DNA of 64,000 nucleotides from a virus (IMGVR_UViG_2795385840_000015:1-64000), one strand, 5' to 3'; positions 26,766 to 35,176 are shown, counted from the stretch's first letter. Notes: generated by a model from the sequence alone, not told the origin. Numbers and translations: made by a program.

Positions 26766-27011
26766 ATGTCTGAATACAACTTGGACGAGTCCAACATTCT
26801 GGTCTCTGAACTGCGGGTCATTAAATACATTGATGGTGACGGCGATCTGCGCACTATTGATTTGTCGCAAGGCCAGGGCGGTTCTGAGCTTGAGGATTCA
26901 GAGCGTGCGGACCTTATTGAGTGGGTGCAGGCGTTTGGTCTGGCTCCAAAGGTGATGGCTGTTATTGCGTCGCTTACAGATGAGGACGACGAGGGCGACA
27001 AGAGTGCTTGA
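26766..27011 (+). CDS. Hypothetical protein
   Basis: 81-aa acidic ORF. Confidence 0.6.
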   Translation: MSEYNLDESNILVSELRVIKYIDGDGDLRTIDLSQGQGGSELEDSERADLIEWVQAFGLAPKVMAVIASLTDEDDEGDKSA

Positions 27012-27249
27012 TGAGTACAAGTCTGATGTTGAGTGCAGATGTGATGTTTGTGATGACTTGATTCGCTTAGGCGACGTCGTTCGTGAACGTGCGGGGGAGT
27101 TGTTTCATGGCGAGTGCGCCTAGTTGGTCGTATGCGCCGGGTTGTGTCTGTGATGAGTGTGAGGACTACAAGTTGGAGATGGGAATGACGATGCGCTATC
27201 CGTTTGGCCGACCTCCGGCGTCTGAGCGCCCGCATTTGGGGGTGCTGCG

Positions 27250-27516
27250 GTGATTGGGTCTCATGGTGGTTGGGGTTCAGATGGTGGCCCGGTGGCTACT
27301 GGGCGCGGTAGCAAGGTTTGGGATGGTCTTCCTACTGTTGAGCAGGTTGAGGAGATTCTTCGGGTTACCGGCTACTTGTATCAGGCTGGCGGGTATCCGG
27401 ATGAGATGTCGGACTATGCGCGGGCTTATGTAGATGGTGATGGCGGGTTGTTGAATTCCTTGTCTCATTTGAAGCGGGCTTTGTGCTTGCTGCCGGTTGC
27501 GCCGCATGCGGGTTAG
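27250..27516 (+). CDS. Hypothetical protein
   Basis: 88-aa ORF. Confidence 0.5.
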   Translation: MIGSHGGWGSDGGPVATGRGSKVWDGLPTVEQVEEILRVTGYLYQAGGYPDEMSDYARAYVDGDGGLLNSLSHLKRALCLLPVAPHAG

Positions 27517-27525
27517 GCCAGTTGG

Positions 27526-27599
27526 GGTTCGGTAGGCAAATTGGCAAAGCCGTCACACTCAAAATGTGGTGTCTGTGGGTTCGACTCCCACCCGAACTA
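27526..27599 (+). tRNA. tRNA-Leu(CAA)
   Basis: GGTTCGG/CCGAACT; loop CTCAAAA; TTCGACT T loop. Confidence 0.9.
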
Positions 27600-27605
27600 C
27601 GTATT

Positions 27606-27679
27606 GCTGCCTTAGCTCAGTTGGTTAGAGCGGTCGCCTCGTAAGCGACAGGTCGCGTGTTCGATCCACGCAGGCAGCT
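27606..27679 (+). tRNA. tRNA-Thr(CGT)
   Basis: GCTGCCT/AGGCAGC; GTCGC-CTCGTAA-GCGAC. Confidence 0.93.
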
Positions 27680-27701
27680 CAGGGGATCGTATTGTTTCGG
27701 C

Positions 27702-28343
27702 ATGGACGATCCAGTGTGGGCGTTGATGTCCGCGATGCTAGCGATGCTGAGTATCGGACAGAGTTCGATGATGTTGTTGTCCAAGGTGATTGGGTTGTCG
27801 GAACGCAAGATTGCCATCTTCATCAGCAAGCTAGTCGAGTGCGCGTCGTTACTGGCCCTGGCAATGGCCACCGGCACCCTTCTGTGGACCTATCAGTCCG
27901 CCCACCCACCTACTCCGGATGAGTTGGACCAACTTAAGCATCTGCCTGCGATGCAGTTGATTTCTTCCGCACTGCATATTTACTACCAGACGGTGATAAT
28001 GGCGGTAATCGCTTTCGCATTGCTGTATGCCTGTTTCAGGCTGGGGCGGGTGCCGGGTGATTTCGCAAAAATCGTTGGTTTGACGATAGGGCTGTTCGGC
28101 TTCCTCCTGATCTCTTTAGCCATAATCCCTCAAGTACAAATCGCTTATCCGAAACCGAATCGTGGAATGGACTATTTCTTTTACGGCGCGTTCGCGGAAT
28201 TTATCTTGGCCGGGATAGTTATGTTCTTCGGCTGGGCGACCAGACCGAGAAAAGGCGCGGGGGCGGTTGCCTTAAGGGCCTCGTTGCGGTCGGCCCTGCG
28301 TTCAGGTGGGCAGAAGTTCGATAGCGCGGCGTTTTGGTCCTAG
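27702..28343 (+). CDS. Multi-pass membrane cargo protein
   Basis: About 5 TM segments; TATTGT -10 element 6 nt before the ATG. Confidence 0.7.
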   Translation: MDDPVWALMSAMLAMLSIGQSSMMLLSKVIGLSERKIAIFISKLVECASLLALAMATGTLLWTYQSAHPPTPDELDQLKHLPAMQLISSALHIYYQTVIMAVIAFALLYACFRLGRVPGDFAKIVGLTIGLFGFLLISLAIIPQVQIAYPKPNRGMDYFFYGAFAEFILAGIVMFFGWATRPRKGAGAVALRASLRSALRSGGQKFDSAAFWS

Positions 28344-28384
28344 CCGTCTTGGGTTTTGATCGTCTTCCTGGATAGATGATCTAT

Positions 28385-28460
28385 TGCGCGGTAGAGCAGT
28401 TTGGCCAGCTCGCCAGTCTCATAAGCTGTGAGGTCGCGGGTTCGAATCCCGCCTGCGCAA
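28385..28460 (+). tRNA. tRNA-Met(CAT), initiator-like D arm
   Basis: TGCGCGG/CTGCGCA; loop CTCATAA. Confidence 0.88.
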
Positions 28461-28522
28461 CGTAGTCCCCACGTGTCGCCTCTCCCGTCTTGAGCGGTGA
28501 AGCGTGTGGGGTAGGCAGTAAT

Positions 28523-28596
28523 CGCATTGTGGCGCAGTTGGTTAGCGCGCCGACCTGATAAGTCGGAGGCCGCAGGTTCAATCCCTGCCGATGCGA
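28523..28596 (+). tRNA. tRNA-Ile(GAT)
   Basis: CGCATTG/CGATGCG; CCGAC-CTGATAA-GTCGG. Confidence 0.92.
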
Positions 28597-28598
28597 CG

Positions 28599-29144
28599 TT
28601 AGTGCTGAGGTTCAGTGCAGATGGTGAACCGGCGTATCGGGTGGGCGAATCCGCCTGTTGGGCACACACCCGCTGTTTGGGTGTCGTAGACGATGCTGAT
28701 CGGCTTCTCACGCCGGGGCGCTGTGTTGTCGTTGCACGCGGCGCGGACAACGGACACCTTGCCGATGCTGAGGCAGTCTTTTGTGCTCCACGCGTAGTCC
28801 AGGCATGCCGCGAATCCACCATCGGGAGTGTCAAGGTAGAACCGCTGCTCGGCGTCTTTGACACACTGGTCGGGCATGGAAACTCGCTGTATCACTTTGT
28901 AGCCGTTAGCCGGTGAGCCGCAGTCAACCACTTTCAGCGACGGTTTCTCCCTTGGCCCTTCAAGGCTTACGCATGATCCGATGGGCGCGATGGCTTCGCC
29001 AGGAATGCCGGCTGGTTGCTCCGGGTATTGGCCGGTTATCTGGTCGAAATTGGGGGCCGTGCTTACGTCTGCTCCTGGCTGTGAAGTACCGCATGCCGTG
29101 GCAGCGAATACTGTTATGCAACAGGCGATTAACTTACTCTGCAT
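28599..29144 (-). CDS. LppU-like lipoprotein
   Basis: TACG lipobox; GSCV..G......VDCGS.A.YKV.QRV..P.QC..D...ACLD..W...C pattern. Confidence 0.8.
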   Translation of the reverse strand: MQSKLIACCITVFAATACGTSQPGADVSTAPNFDQITGQYPEQPAGIPGEAIAPIGSCVSLEGPREKPSLKVVDCGSPANGYKVIQRVSMPDQCVKDAEQRFYLDTPDGGFAACLDYAWSTKDCLSIGKVSVVRAACNDNTAPRREKPISIVYDTQTAGVCPTGGFAHPIRRFTICTEPQH

Positions 29145-29322
29145 GTCGGTTTGTCTGCACTTCGGTTGTCGGGTCATCGTCCAGCGGTTGAGGCTGCTGG
29201 TTGCGGCGCTTCGCGCGACGGGACATGAACACGATCAGGGCGACAATGAGCGCGAGCACCGCTGCGACAGCACCCAGAGGTATCGCGACAAATAAGACTG
29301 TCTGGACGCTTTCTGCTGACAT
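29134..29322 (-). CDS. Small single-pass membrane protein
   Basis: One TM helix with basic tail; translationally coupled. Confidence 0.65.
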   Translation of the reverse strand: MSAESVQTVLFVAIPLGAVAAVLALIVALIVFMSRRAKRRNQQPQPLDDDPTTEVQTNRHAE

Positions 29323-30563
29323 TATGGTGCCCCTTGTTGGCATTGCTTGGTGAACTCATCGACTGCTTTTGACACATCTTTGAACGCCCCTGGCCCCGAG
29401 AAGATACTTCCCACGGTGCCAAGGACCGCCTTGGCGATATCGTACTGCTTGGAAAGTACCTCACCGGCGGTGCAGTACTTGGTGTCATAGGGATTCAACT
29501 TGCATAGTGGCGTGGGGTTACTGATAGTCCCCTCGCACTGTTGGTCCTTGGGTTTGACTGGCTTGCGGCGCAGGTCTGGGCACTTCGAGAAGTCCTTGGT
29601 TGCTTGGCAATTCAGTTTGCGGTTTTCGTCCTTGATCTTATCGTTGTCCTTTTGCAAGTCGTCGGTGCGTTTCTCATTTTCTTGCAGTCGTTTCTCGATA
29701 TCGTCGAGACGCTGGGAGTCGGACTGGCTAGTCTGCGGCTCGTCGCAACCTGAGGTGCAACCACCAGGATCGGGGGCAGGAATGGGGTCAAGCCGTGGAT
29801 CAAACCAGATCGGTGTACGGCCACCACCGCCGATCACTGACGGTGCGGTAGCGGCTGCCGTGTATCCAAGCTTGGTTAAAGCCGCTTGGCACTTCTGCTG
29901 ACGCTGGTCCATCTGCCGGGTGGTGTCGTCTTGCTTGTTCTGCGGCTGCTCGGGCTGCTGAGTCTGCGTGGGGGCTTGACTCGGCTGCTGCTGGGGTTGT
30001 TGGCCCTGCTGCGGCGACTGTTGTTGCGGCGCTTGGTAGTCCGGGTTTGGCTTGCCGGGGCCTTGGGTGTATCCGGGGTTGGTTTGGTAGTCCGGGATTT
30101 GTGTGCCGTGCGCTGGCTGTTGTGCTTGTTGAGGCTGCTGACCGCCTTGCTGGCCTGGAACCTGTTGTGCACCAGGCGATCCCGTGTTGTAGATTGAGAT
30201 ACCGGAGTTCTGATCTAGGGGTGGTTGATTGATCCCGCCTTGGTAGTCAGGCATTGAGCTAGGCATTTGCGGTGGCTGAAATTGGGAGCCGTTCATTCCG
30301 CCAGGCCCGCCACCAGGGCCTCCCGTTGGCCCCGTGGGTTCTGCCGCCACAGTCGCAATCGTGGAGAATCCGCTACCCGGCATCGTGTTGTCGCTGGCAA
30401 CCTTCGCACCCGCTACCGCGATAGCGGCGATAGAGAAAGCGGCCAGGACTCTTGTGGCGGCGCGTGAGATGGGGCGTTTAGCCTCCGGCCCACCTGGAAG
30501 GCGTTGCAGATTCCGGCACCAGTACGTCTTGTACTGGTTGCGAGAGGTCTTGTCACGAGACAT
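29322..30563 (-). CDS. Secreted Gln/Pro-rich protein with Cys-rich C-terminus
   Basis: Hydrophobic signal segment, AEPTGPTGGP..., GSQFQPP.MP...PDYQGG, Q-rich linker; start 30563 or 30572. Confidence 0.75.
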   Translation of the reverse strand: MSRDKTSRNQYKTYWCRNLQRLPGGPEAKRPISRAATRVLAAFSIAAIAVAGAKVASDNTMPGSGFSTIATVAAEPTGPTGGPGGGPGGMNGSQFQPPQMPSSMPDYQGGINQPPLDQNSGISIYNTGSPGAQQVPGQQGGQQPQQAQQPAHGTQIPDYQTNPGYTQGPGKPNPDYQAPQQQSPQQGQQPQQQPSQAPTQTQQPEQPQNKQDDTTRQMDQRQQKCQAALTKLGYTAAATAPSVIGGGGRTPIWFDPRLDPIPAPDPGGCTSGCDEPQTSQSDSQRLDDIEKRLQENEKRTDDLQKDNDKIKDENRKLNCQATKDFSKCPDLRRKPVKPKDQQCEGTISNPTPLCKLNPYDTKYCTAGEVLSKQYDIAKAVLGTVGSIFSGPGAFKDVSKAVDEFTKQCQQGAP

Positions 30564-30670
30564 GGGGAACAACGTAGACCATGATGACCAGCACGTAAAC
30601 CGGAATCAGAAAACTTGGGGCCGGTTTGCGGCTCTTGACGTTCGCGACCTGCGGAAAGGTTGCGAGATGA

Positions 30671-30744
30671 CTGACTGTAGCTCAATTTGGTAGAGCGCTG
30701 GCTTTGGGTGCCAGGGGTTCGGGGTTCAAATCCCTGTAGTCAGA
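30671..30744 (+). tRNA. tRNA-Pro(TGG)
   Basis: CTGACTG/TAGTCAG; CTGGC-TTTGGGT-GCCAG. Confidence 0.92.
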
Positions 30745-30748
30745 CCGC

Positions 30749-30832
30749 GCGCAGGTTGGGCTTGTTGGGCAAGGCCCTCCAGACTGTAAATCTGGCGCTT
30801 CGGCTACGGGGGTTCGATTCCCTCCCTGCGTA
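30749..30832 (+). tRNA. tRNA-Tyr(GTA)
   Basis: GCGCAGG/CCTGCGT; CCAGA-CTGTAAA-TCTGG; variable arm. Confidence 0.88.
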
Positions 30833-31148
30833 CGTTAGGTTGGTGGGCCAGTTCTTAGGCTGGCCCACCGTGGGGTGAACGACTTCCCCTAGTTCAGCTC
30901 AATGAAAATTCGCACGATTTGGGCTACGAAATTGCAGGCTTGTAGCACCACGGCGAAGATCCGAATTTTGGTGTTCATTGAGGGTTGTGTTCCTTACTCT
31001 ATGGAGTTGTTTGACCCCGGCCTTTTGGCCGGTTACGCCGCTGGGAATTGTTGTCCCCGTTGGCTTGTAAGAACCTTACCGCGACCCGTCTTAGGTTCAT
31101 GTGGGTTTGGTTTGTGCAGTTCAGCGGCTTGGGCCTGTCGGCCTGATT

Positions 31149-31221
31149 CGGCATGTAGCTCAGTTGGTAGAGCACCGGAGTGAAGCCCCGGAGCGCACAG
31201 GTTCGATTCCTGTCATGTCGG
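31149..31221 (+). tRNA. tRNA-Phe(GAA), atypical anticodon loop
   Basis: CGGCATG/CATGTCG; CCGGA-GTGAAGC-CCCGG. Confidence 0.85.
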
Positions 31222-31308
31222 CGTGAGCAAGGTACGGGTTCTGTGGCTGCGGCCCCACGATCTGTCTGGCCTCGGTGGTTGGCTACGGCACGCCGGGGTT
31301 GCTCGTAT

Positions 31309-31381
31309 AGCTCGGTAGCTCAATTGGTAGAGCGCCCGTCTCCAAAGCGGGTCGTTGCAGGTTCGATTCCTGTCCGGGTTG
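31309..31381 (+). tRNA. tRNA-Trp(CCA)
   Basis: AGCTCGG/CCGGGTT; loop CTCCAAA. Confidence 0.92.
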
Positions 31382-31457
31382 CAATAGGCCACGGTTCCGC
31401 GAGGAGCGGGTAGACCCGGATGCCTGATCACCGATTGTCGGCGGTATATCCGGCTCT

Positions 31458-31531
31458 GGTTCCGTATCCCAACTGGCAGAGGATTCCGGCTTAGACCCGG
31501 TTTAGTGTGCGTTCGAGTCGCACCGGAACTA
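31458..31531 (+). tRNA. tRNA-Leu(TAG)
   Basis: GGTTCCG/CGGAACT; loop CTTAGAC. Confidence 0.88.
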
Positions 31532-31532
31532 C

Positions 31533-31606
31533 GCGTAGTAGCTCAGTGGTAGAGCGTCCGGTTGTGGCCCGGAATACTTGGGTTCGATTCCCGGCTATCG
31601 CCACCA
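31533..31606 (+). tRNA. tRNA-His(GTG), bulged acceptor stem
   Basis: TCCGG-TTGTGGC-CCGGA; GCGTAG pairs with CTATCGC only with a bulge; followed by CACCA. Confidence 0.8.
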
Positions 31607-31607
31607 A

Positions 31608-31680
31608 ACCTATGTGGTCTAATTTGGCATGACACCGGAGTCTGGTTCCGGTAATTGAGGTTCGAATCCTTGCGTAGGTG
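31608..31680 (+). tRNA. tRNA-Gln(CTG)
   Basis: ACCTATG/CGTAGGT; CCGGA-GTCTGGT-TCCGG. Confidence 0.88.
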
Positions 31681-31689
31681 CTTTTATAT

Positions 31690-31762
31690 GTCGCGGTGGA
31701 GTAATTGGTATCTCGCTAGGCTCTCAACCTAGAGATTGCGGGTTCGACCCCCGTCCGTGATG
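31690..31762 (+). tRNA. tRNA-Glu(CTC)
   Basis: GTCGCGG/CCGTGAT; CTAGG-CTCTCAA-CCTAG. Confidence 0.88.
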
Positions 31763-31783
31763 CAACCAGCTATCATGAGTCTC

Positions 31784-32146
31784 ATGGCTATTCCTGTGAT
31801 TTGGTACCCCGAATATCTGCGTGAGAGCGCCGAGAAACTGCATTCCCTTGAGCAGCGGTTGCGCCTTCACGAAAATATGAGAAGAAGTATGCCGGAGGAT
31901 AAGGCGCGTGCCGGGGACATGGACATCCGCAACAAGTTCTTTGAGATAGTCGAGGACTGCGAGTTCGGTAGGATTAGTTCAGATTCGCCGCTTCGTCATC
32001 TAGTTTCGTGGGCGGATGGTGAACTCACGCCTGGGGTTCTGCGTATTGTTTCCGATTTGTTTGCGGATATTGCGCGTAGTCTTGAGTATGCTCATGCGGC
32101 GGCAGCGCATGCCGTTAGTCGGCGCGTGAATATGTTGGATAGTTGA
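31784..32146 (+). CDS. Hypothetical cargo protein
   Basis: TATCAT -10 element 7 nt before ATG 31784 (leaderless). Confidence 0.6.
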   Translation: MAIPVIWYPEYLRESAEKLHSLEQRLRLHENMRRSMPEDKARAGDMDIRNKFFEIVEDCEFGRISSDSPLRHLVSWADGELTPGVLRIVSDLFADIARSLEYAHAAAAHAVSRRVNMLDS

Positions 32147-32148
32147 TT

Positions 32149-32221
32149 GTGGTAGTCGTATAGGGGCCTAGTACCCCTGCCTTCCAAGCAGGTGACGCGA
32201 GTTCAAATCTCGCCTACCACA
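32149..32221 (+). tRNA. tRNA-Gly(TCC)
   Basis: GTGGTAG/CTACCAC; CCTGC-CTTCCAA-GCAGG. Confidence 0.9.
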
Positions 32222-32226
32222 CTCCG

Positions 32227-32406
32227 TTACGTTAATTGCGTAACTTGTGCCGCAGCCATAGAGCATGCGATCGATGTTAGGGCGTTGGCTATTGCGTGTA
32301 GACAGCGCTCTTCGGTTGTTTGTGGATTTGTGATGGTGAGTATGTCTTTGGCGTCGGTTGCCCGCGAAACCGCATGGGCCGTGAGGTCGTGATGATCCAT
32401 ATTCAT
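32227..32406 (-). CDS. Small hypothetical protein (59 aa, not in ORF track)
   Basis: MNMDHHDLTAH...; TACGCT -10 element 6 nt upstream; fills the gap between two tRNAs. Confidence 0.5.
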   Translation of the reverse strand: MNMDHHDLTAHAVSRATDAKDILTITNPQTTEERCLHAIANALTSIACSMAAAQVTQLT

Positions 32407-32421
32407 GCAGGCAGCGTACAG

Positions 32422-32493
32422 CCCTCGCTAGCTCAGTGGTAGAGCTGCTGGCTCTTAACCAGCAGGTCCGGGGTTCGATTCCCTGGCGGGGGA
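32422..32493 (+). tRNA. tRNA-Lys(CTT)
   Basis: CCCTCGC/GCGGGGG; loop CTCTTAA. Confidence 0.93.
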
Positions 32494-32516
32494 CATGGTA
32501 AGGTGGGCGACGTTTG

Positions 32517-32589
32517 GCCCCGTTAGCTCAGTTGGTAGAGCTGCTGACTTTTAATCAGTAGGTCGTAGGTTCGAGCCCTACACGGGGTA
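32517..32589 (+). tRNA. tRNA-Lys(TTT)
   Basis: GCCCCGT/ACGGGGT; loop CTTTTAA. Confidence 0.93.
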
Positions 32590-32615
32590 CTTAATAAGCG
32601 CACGATATTCATTTT

Positions 32616-32703
32616 GGAAAGTAAAGCAGGCCGTTGGAGTGCCGACTAGTCTTGAAAACTAGGTGTCCCTTTTGGGGCTGGGGGTCGGGTCCTCTGCTTT
32701 CCG
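32616..32703 (+). tRNA. tRNA-Ser(TGA), degenerate T loop
   Basis: GGAAAGT/GCTTTCC; CTAGT-CTTGAAA-ACTAG; long variable arm; T loop GTCGGGT. Confidence 0.7.
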
Positions 32704-32826
32704 CTTGCGTGATAGGCAGGCATTTTTATTGTTGCAGATGTAGACGCCTTTGATGGTGTATGTGTAGCCGCGTTGGCCTTGGCGTCCGCAGTTGGCGCAT
32801 ACGTGTTTGTTTAGTTTCATGTTTCT

Positions 32827-32897
32827 GCCGTTGTGTCCGATTGGTTAGGTGCCAGCCTGCAAAGTTGGTTAGTCCGGTTCGATTCCGGGGGGCGGCT
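32827..32897 (+). tRNA. tRNA-Cys(GCA)
   Basis: CCAGC-CTGCAAA-GTTGG; T discriminator; G7.G66 mismatch. Confidence 0.85.
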
Positions 32898-33163
32898 CGT
32901 CAAGAATTAGACGGATTCGGTTGGCCAGTGACGTTGTGGGCTCACGGCCTACGAGTTCGCCAATCCGCCTCAGTTTGTCTTGCGCATGGTCGAGATTGTC
33001 CATAGTCAGACCTCACGTTTCCATGCACGTCGCTCACGGCGCTTAGCGCTCCGAGTGCGAGCCTGCTTCCGCTTATGTGGAGTGTGCCATTGGGTGCAGC
33101 ATCGGGCACCGTATTGACAGGTTTGTGGCCTTTTGGTCCTGCCGAGCATCTTCACTACTTCAT

Positions 33164-33236
33164 TCCTCCGTAGCTCAATTGGTAGAGCTGCGCCCTGTTA
33201 AGGCGTCGGTTGTTGGTTCGAATCCAGCCGGGGGAG
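33164..33236 (+). tRNA. tRNA-Asn(GTT)
   Basis: TCCTCCG/CGGGGGA; GCGCC-CTGTTAA-GGCGT. Confidence 0.93.
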
Positions 33237-33238
33237 CA

Positions 33239-33586
33239 TCACAGGTACACATCTGGCGGCTTGGTTGCCTGGAATGTTGTCGGCGGCAGCCATAGCCTCA
33301 TTGTGATTTCCGACCAGCCGTTTCCGCTGGTAGTGGGTACTTCAACGATTCCGAGCCAGCGGTTTGACGTGGTTCGTATCCAGGCTAGCTGGGTGCCCTT
33401 CATCCAGCGGTTAACGATTAGGCCATGGGTTTTGATGTCACGGTGGATGCCGGTCTTCGCTCCGTCTACGCATCCGGGTAGCGCTAGGAGCATGTTTACG
33501 TAGACGGTCCTGAACTGTCGGGTGAGTGTGGGGTGGCTGGGCAAGCTGTTCCAGTGTTCGAAAGCCCGGAAGAGTGGATCGAACAT
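33239..33586 (-). CDS. Hypothetical protein, putatively SOS-regulated
   Basis: 115 aa; SOS-box-like site over the start codon. Confidence 0.7.
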   Translation of the reverse strand: MFDPLFRAFEHWNSLPSHPTLTRQFRTVYVNMLLALPGCVDGAKTGIHRDIKTHGLIVNRWMKGTQLAWIRTTSNRWLGIVEVPTTSGNGWSEITMRLWLPPTTFQATKPPDVYL

Positions 33587-33594
33587 GTGTGCGA
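33579..33594. promoter_or_regulatory. Putative LexA (SOS) box
   Basis: TCGAAC-ATGT-GTGCGA vs mycobacterial consensus TCGAAC-N4-GTTCGA (1 mismatch). Confidence 0.65.
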
Positions 33595-33638
33595 TGATGG
33601 CTCATGCGGGCTTGGGCTGCAAGATGCATGGTTGTTTG

Positions 33639-33671
33639 GTCCAGCTTGGCGATTAAAAGCTGTGCAGAGTG
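33639..33671 (-). repeat. 33-bp direct repeat, copy 1
   Basis: GTCCAGCTTGGCGATTAAAAGCTGTGCAGAGTG, identical to 36545-36577. Confidence 0.9.
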
Positions 33672-33676
33672 CGGGC

Positions 33677-33907
33677 CTAGTTCCCGGCGACGACCTGGTG
33701 GCACTGGTATGTCACTGGGTCGCATAGAACCTGGTTGGTTGTCCAACCCCCGTAGGTGCCTGGCGTGTTCCAGGTCGGTTGTAGCGGCCCGTTGTAGCTG
33801 GGCTGGTATTGGCAGACATTGAATGCTGCGCATGGCGGTTCCGCGGTGGCGGTGGGCGCGGCCAGGACGGCTAAGGCGATTAGGCCGGCCAGGGTGAGAT
33901 GCTTCAT
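33677..33907 (-). CDS. Small secreted protein
   Basis: MKHLTLAGLIALAVLAAPTATA signal peptide; Cys pairs. Confidence 0.75.
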   Translation of the reverse strand: MKHLTLAGLIALAVLAAPTATAEPPCAAFNVCQYQPSYNGPLQPTWNTPGTYGGWTTNQVLCDPVTYQCHQVVAGN

Positions 33908-34266
33908 AACGTGGGCTCCTTTAAGGCTTGTGTCGCCGCCATCTCGGCGTAGCTGTCGAATAGGTCGGGCCAGTCGTCGCCTGGCTGTAGGGCTGATCCT
34001 GGGATGCGTCCGGTGACTACCGCGTACCTGACACCGATGTGCTCGACTCCCGCTGTGGCTAGCCAGCCAGCACATGCCTGTTCGCGGCCTTCTGTGGTCT
34101 TGTGGCAGGCGAACATGGGCGCGTCTAGTGGTGCTTCGTCACCGGCTGTGCCGGATGTCTTTCGGAGGGCTTCGTATCGTTCGGTGGGGAACATGCCAGG
34201 TGGTGTGTCTCGCCGCCATGGGCACTGGTTGCATGGGTAGAGGCGACGCGGTACGAGTTCTGACAT
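33904..34266 (-). CDS. DUF6283-like Zn-binding protein
   Basis: PCNQCPWR...FACH...CAGWL. Confidence 0.75.
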   Translation of the reverse strand: MSELVPRRLYPCNQCPWRRDTPPGMFPTERYEALRKTSGTAGDEAPLDAPMFACHKTTEGREQACAGWLATAGVEHIGVRYAVVTGRIPGSALQPGDDWPDLFDSYAEMAATQALKEPTL

Positions 34267-34380
34267 GGTTCCCCCTTTCAGTGGGTTACTCTTGGGTAGT
34301 CCGGTTAAGCGGAAGCCCAGACCTATATTGCTTATTCAGCGAACCCCCCGGTTGGGTCGGTTCTCTGCTTAACCGGACAA

Positions 34381-34569
34381 CTAACGTCCAGCTAGGATCT
34401 GTTCTCCCTGTTCAATTTCGTTTAAGCGCCGGTTTACGGCGTCTAGTTCTTCTTGACGTTCCGCTAGTTCGCGGACTAGTCGAGCCTTCACTTTGGTGAG
34501 GGTTTGTTTCTCGCCTTGCAATAGCTTGCGGATGGCCTCGCTAGGTATGTCCTTGATGCTGTTACGCAT
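34381..34569 (-). CDS. Small coiled-coil protein
   Basis: Start overlaps the upstream gene end. Confidence 0.55.
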   Translation of the reverse strand: MRNSIKDIPSEAIRKLLQGEKQTLTKVKARLVRELAERQEELDAVNRRLNEIEQGEQILAGR

Positions 34570-34810
34570 GGGCTTTCTGCTTCTTTCCGCGCGGCTTAGA
34601 CATGAGTGTGGCTTCTGCGTGTCTGTAGCCCTCTTCAAAGCCTTGGTTCAGTATTTCGTCGGCGTATTCGGAGACGATGCGTTTGGCTTTGGCTTTGGTT
34701 TTTCTGAGTTGTTGCTTGTGTGCTTCCCGTTGCGCTTCAAGTTTGTGTGATGCGCCGATTCCGACAACTAGTGCCATGAATCCGAATAGGACTGTTACGA
34801 GTAATAGCAT
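34562..34810 (-). CDS. Small membrane-anchored protein
   Basis: N-terminal TM helix. Confidence 0.6.
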   Translation of the reverse strand: MLLLVTVLFGFMALVVGIGASHKLEAQREAHKQQLRKTKAKAKRIVSEYADEILNQGFEEGYRHAEATLMSKPRGKKQKAHA

Positions 34811-34856
34811 TTGGTCGCCTTGGGATTAATAAGCTGTGCAGTGTGTGGTTGGTTGG

Positions 34857-35093
34857 TCAGCCGGTTACGTCGTCGGTATTGAGTGCGATGCTCAGGTTGA
34901 GCATGAGTTGAAGAAAGTTTGTTGTGTCTTGGTCATCGTTACCGGCTGCCATTGCGGACAGTAGGGTTGTGGCCGCTTCTTCAATTTCCTTGAGCCTGTC
35001 GAGTTCGTAGGCTAGGTCATTGTCGGTGAAATTTTCGGGGAGGTTGAGCCGTTCTAGGCAGCGCTGCCGGATTTCATCTGTGGTTGTGCTCAT
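34857..35093 (-). CDS. Hypothetical protein
   Basis: AGGAG RBS. Confidence 0.65.
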   Translation of the reverse strand: MSTTTDEIRQRCLERLNLPENFTDNDLAYELDRLKEIEEAATTLLSAMAAGNDDQDTTNFLQLMLNLSIALNTDDVTG

Positions 35094-35176
35094 TTCGGGT
35101 TCTCCTGCGGTTGGTTGGTGTCACTGTGACGTTTTATACCGTGGTCAGTGGTTCGTCTGTTTTGGCGACTTTTCGA

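Noticed and set aside
28340-28864. ORFs overlapping tRNA genes (also 30687, 31180, 32192, 32760, 33077)
   Set aside because: Shadow frames of tRNA or opposite-strand genes with no coding signature.
30833-31145. Additional tRNA or the 93-aa ORF 30902-31183
   Set aside because: No cloverleaf or T loop found and the ORF overlaps tRNA-Phe; only a 10-bp hairpin (30842-30869) is visible.
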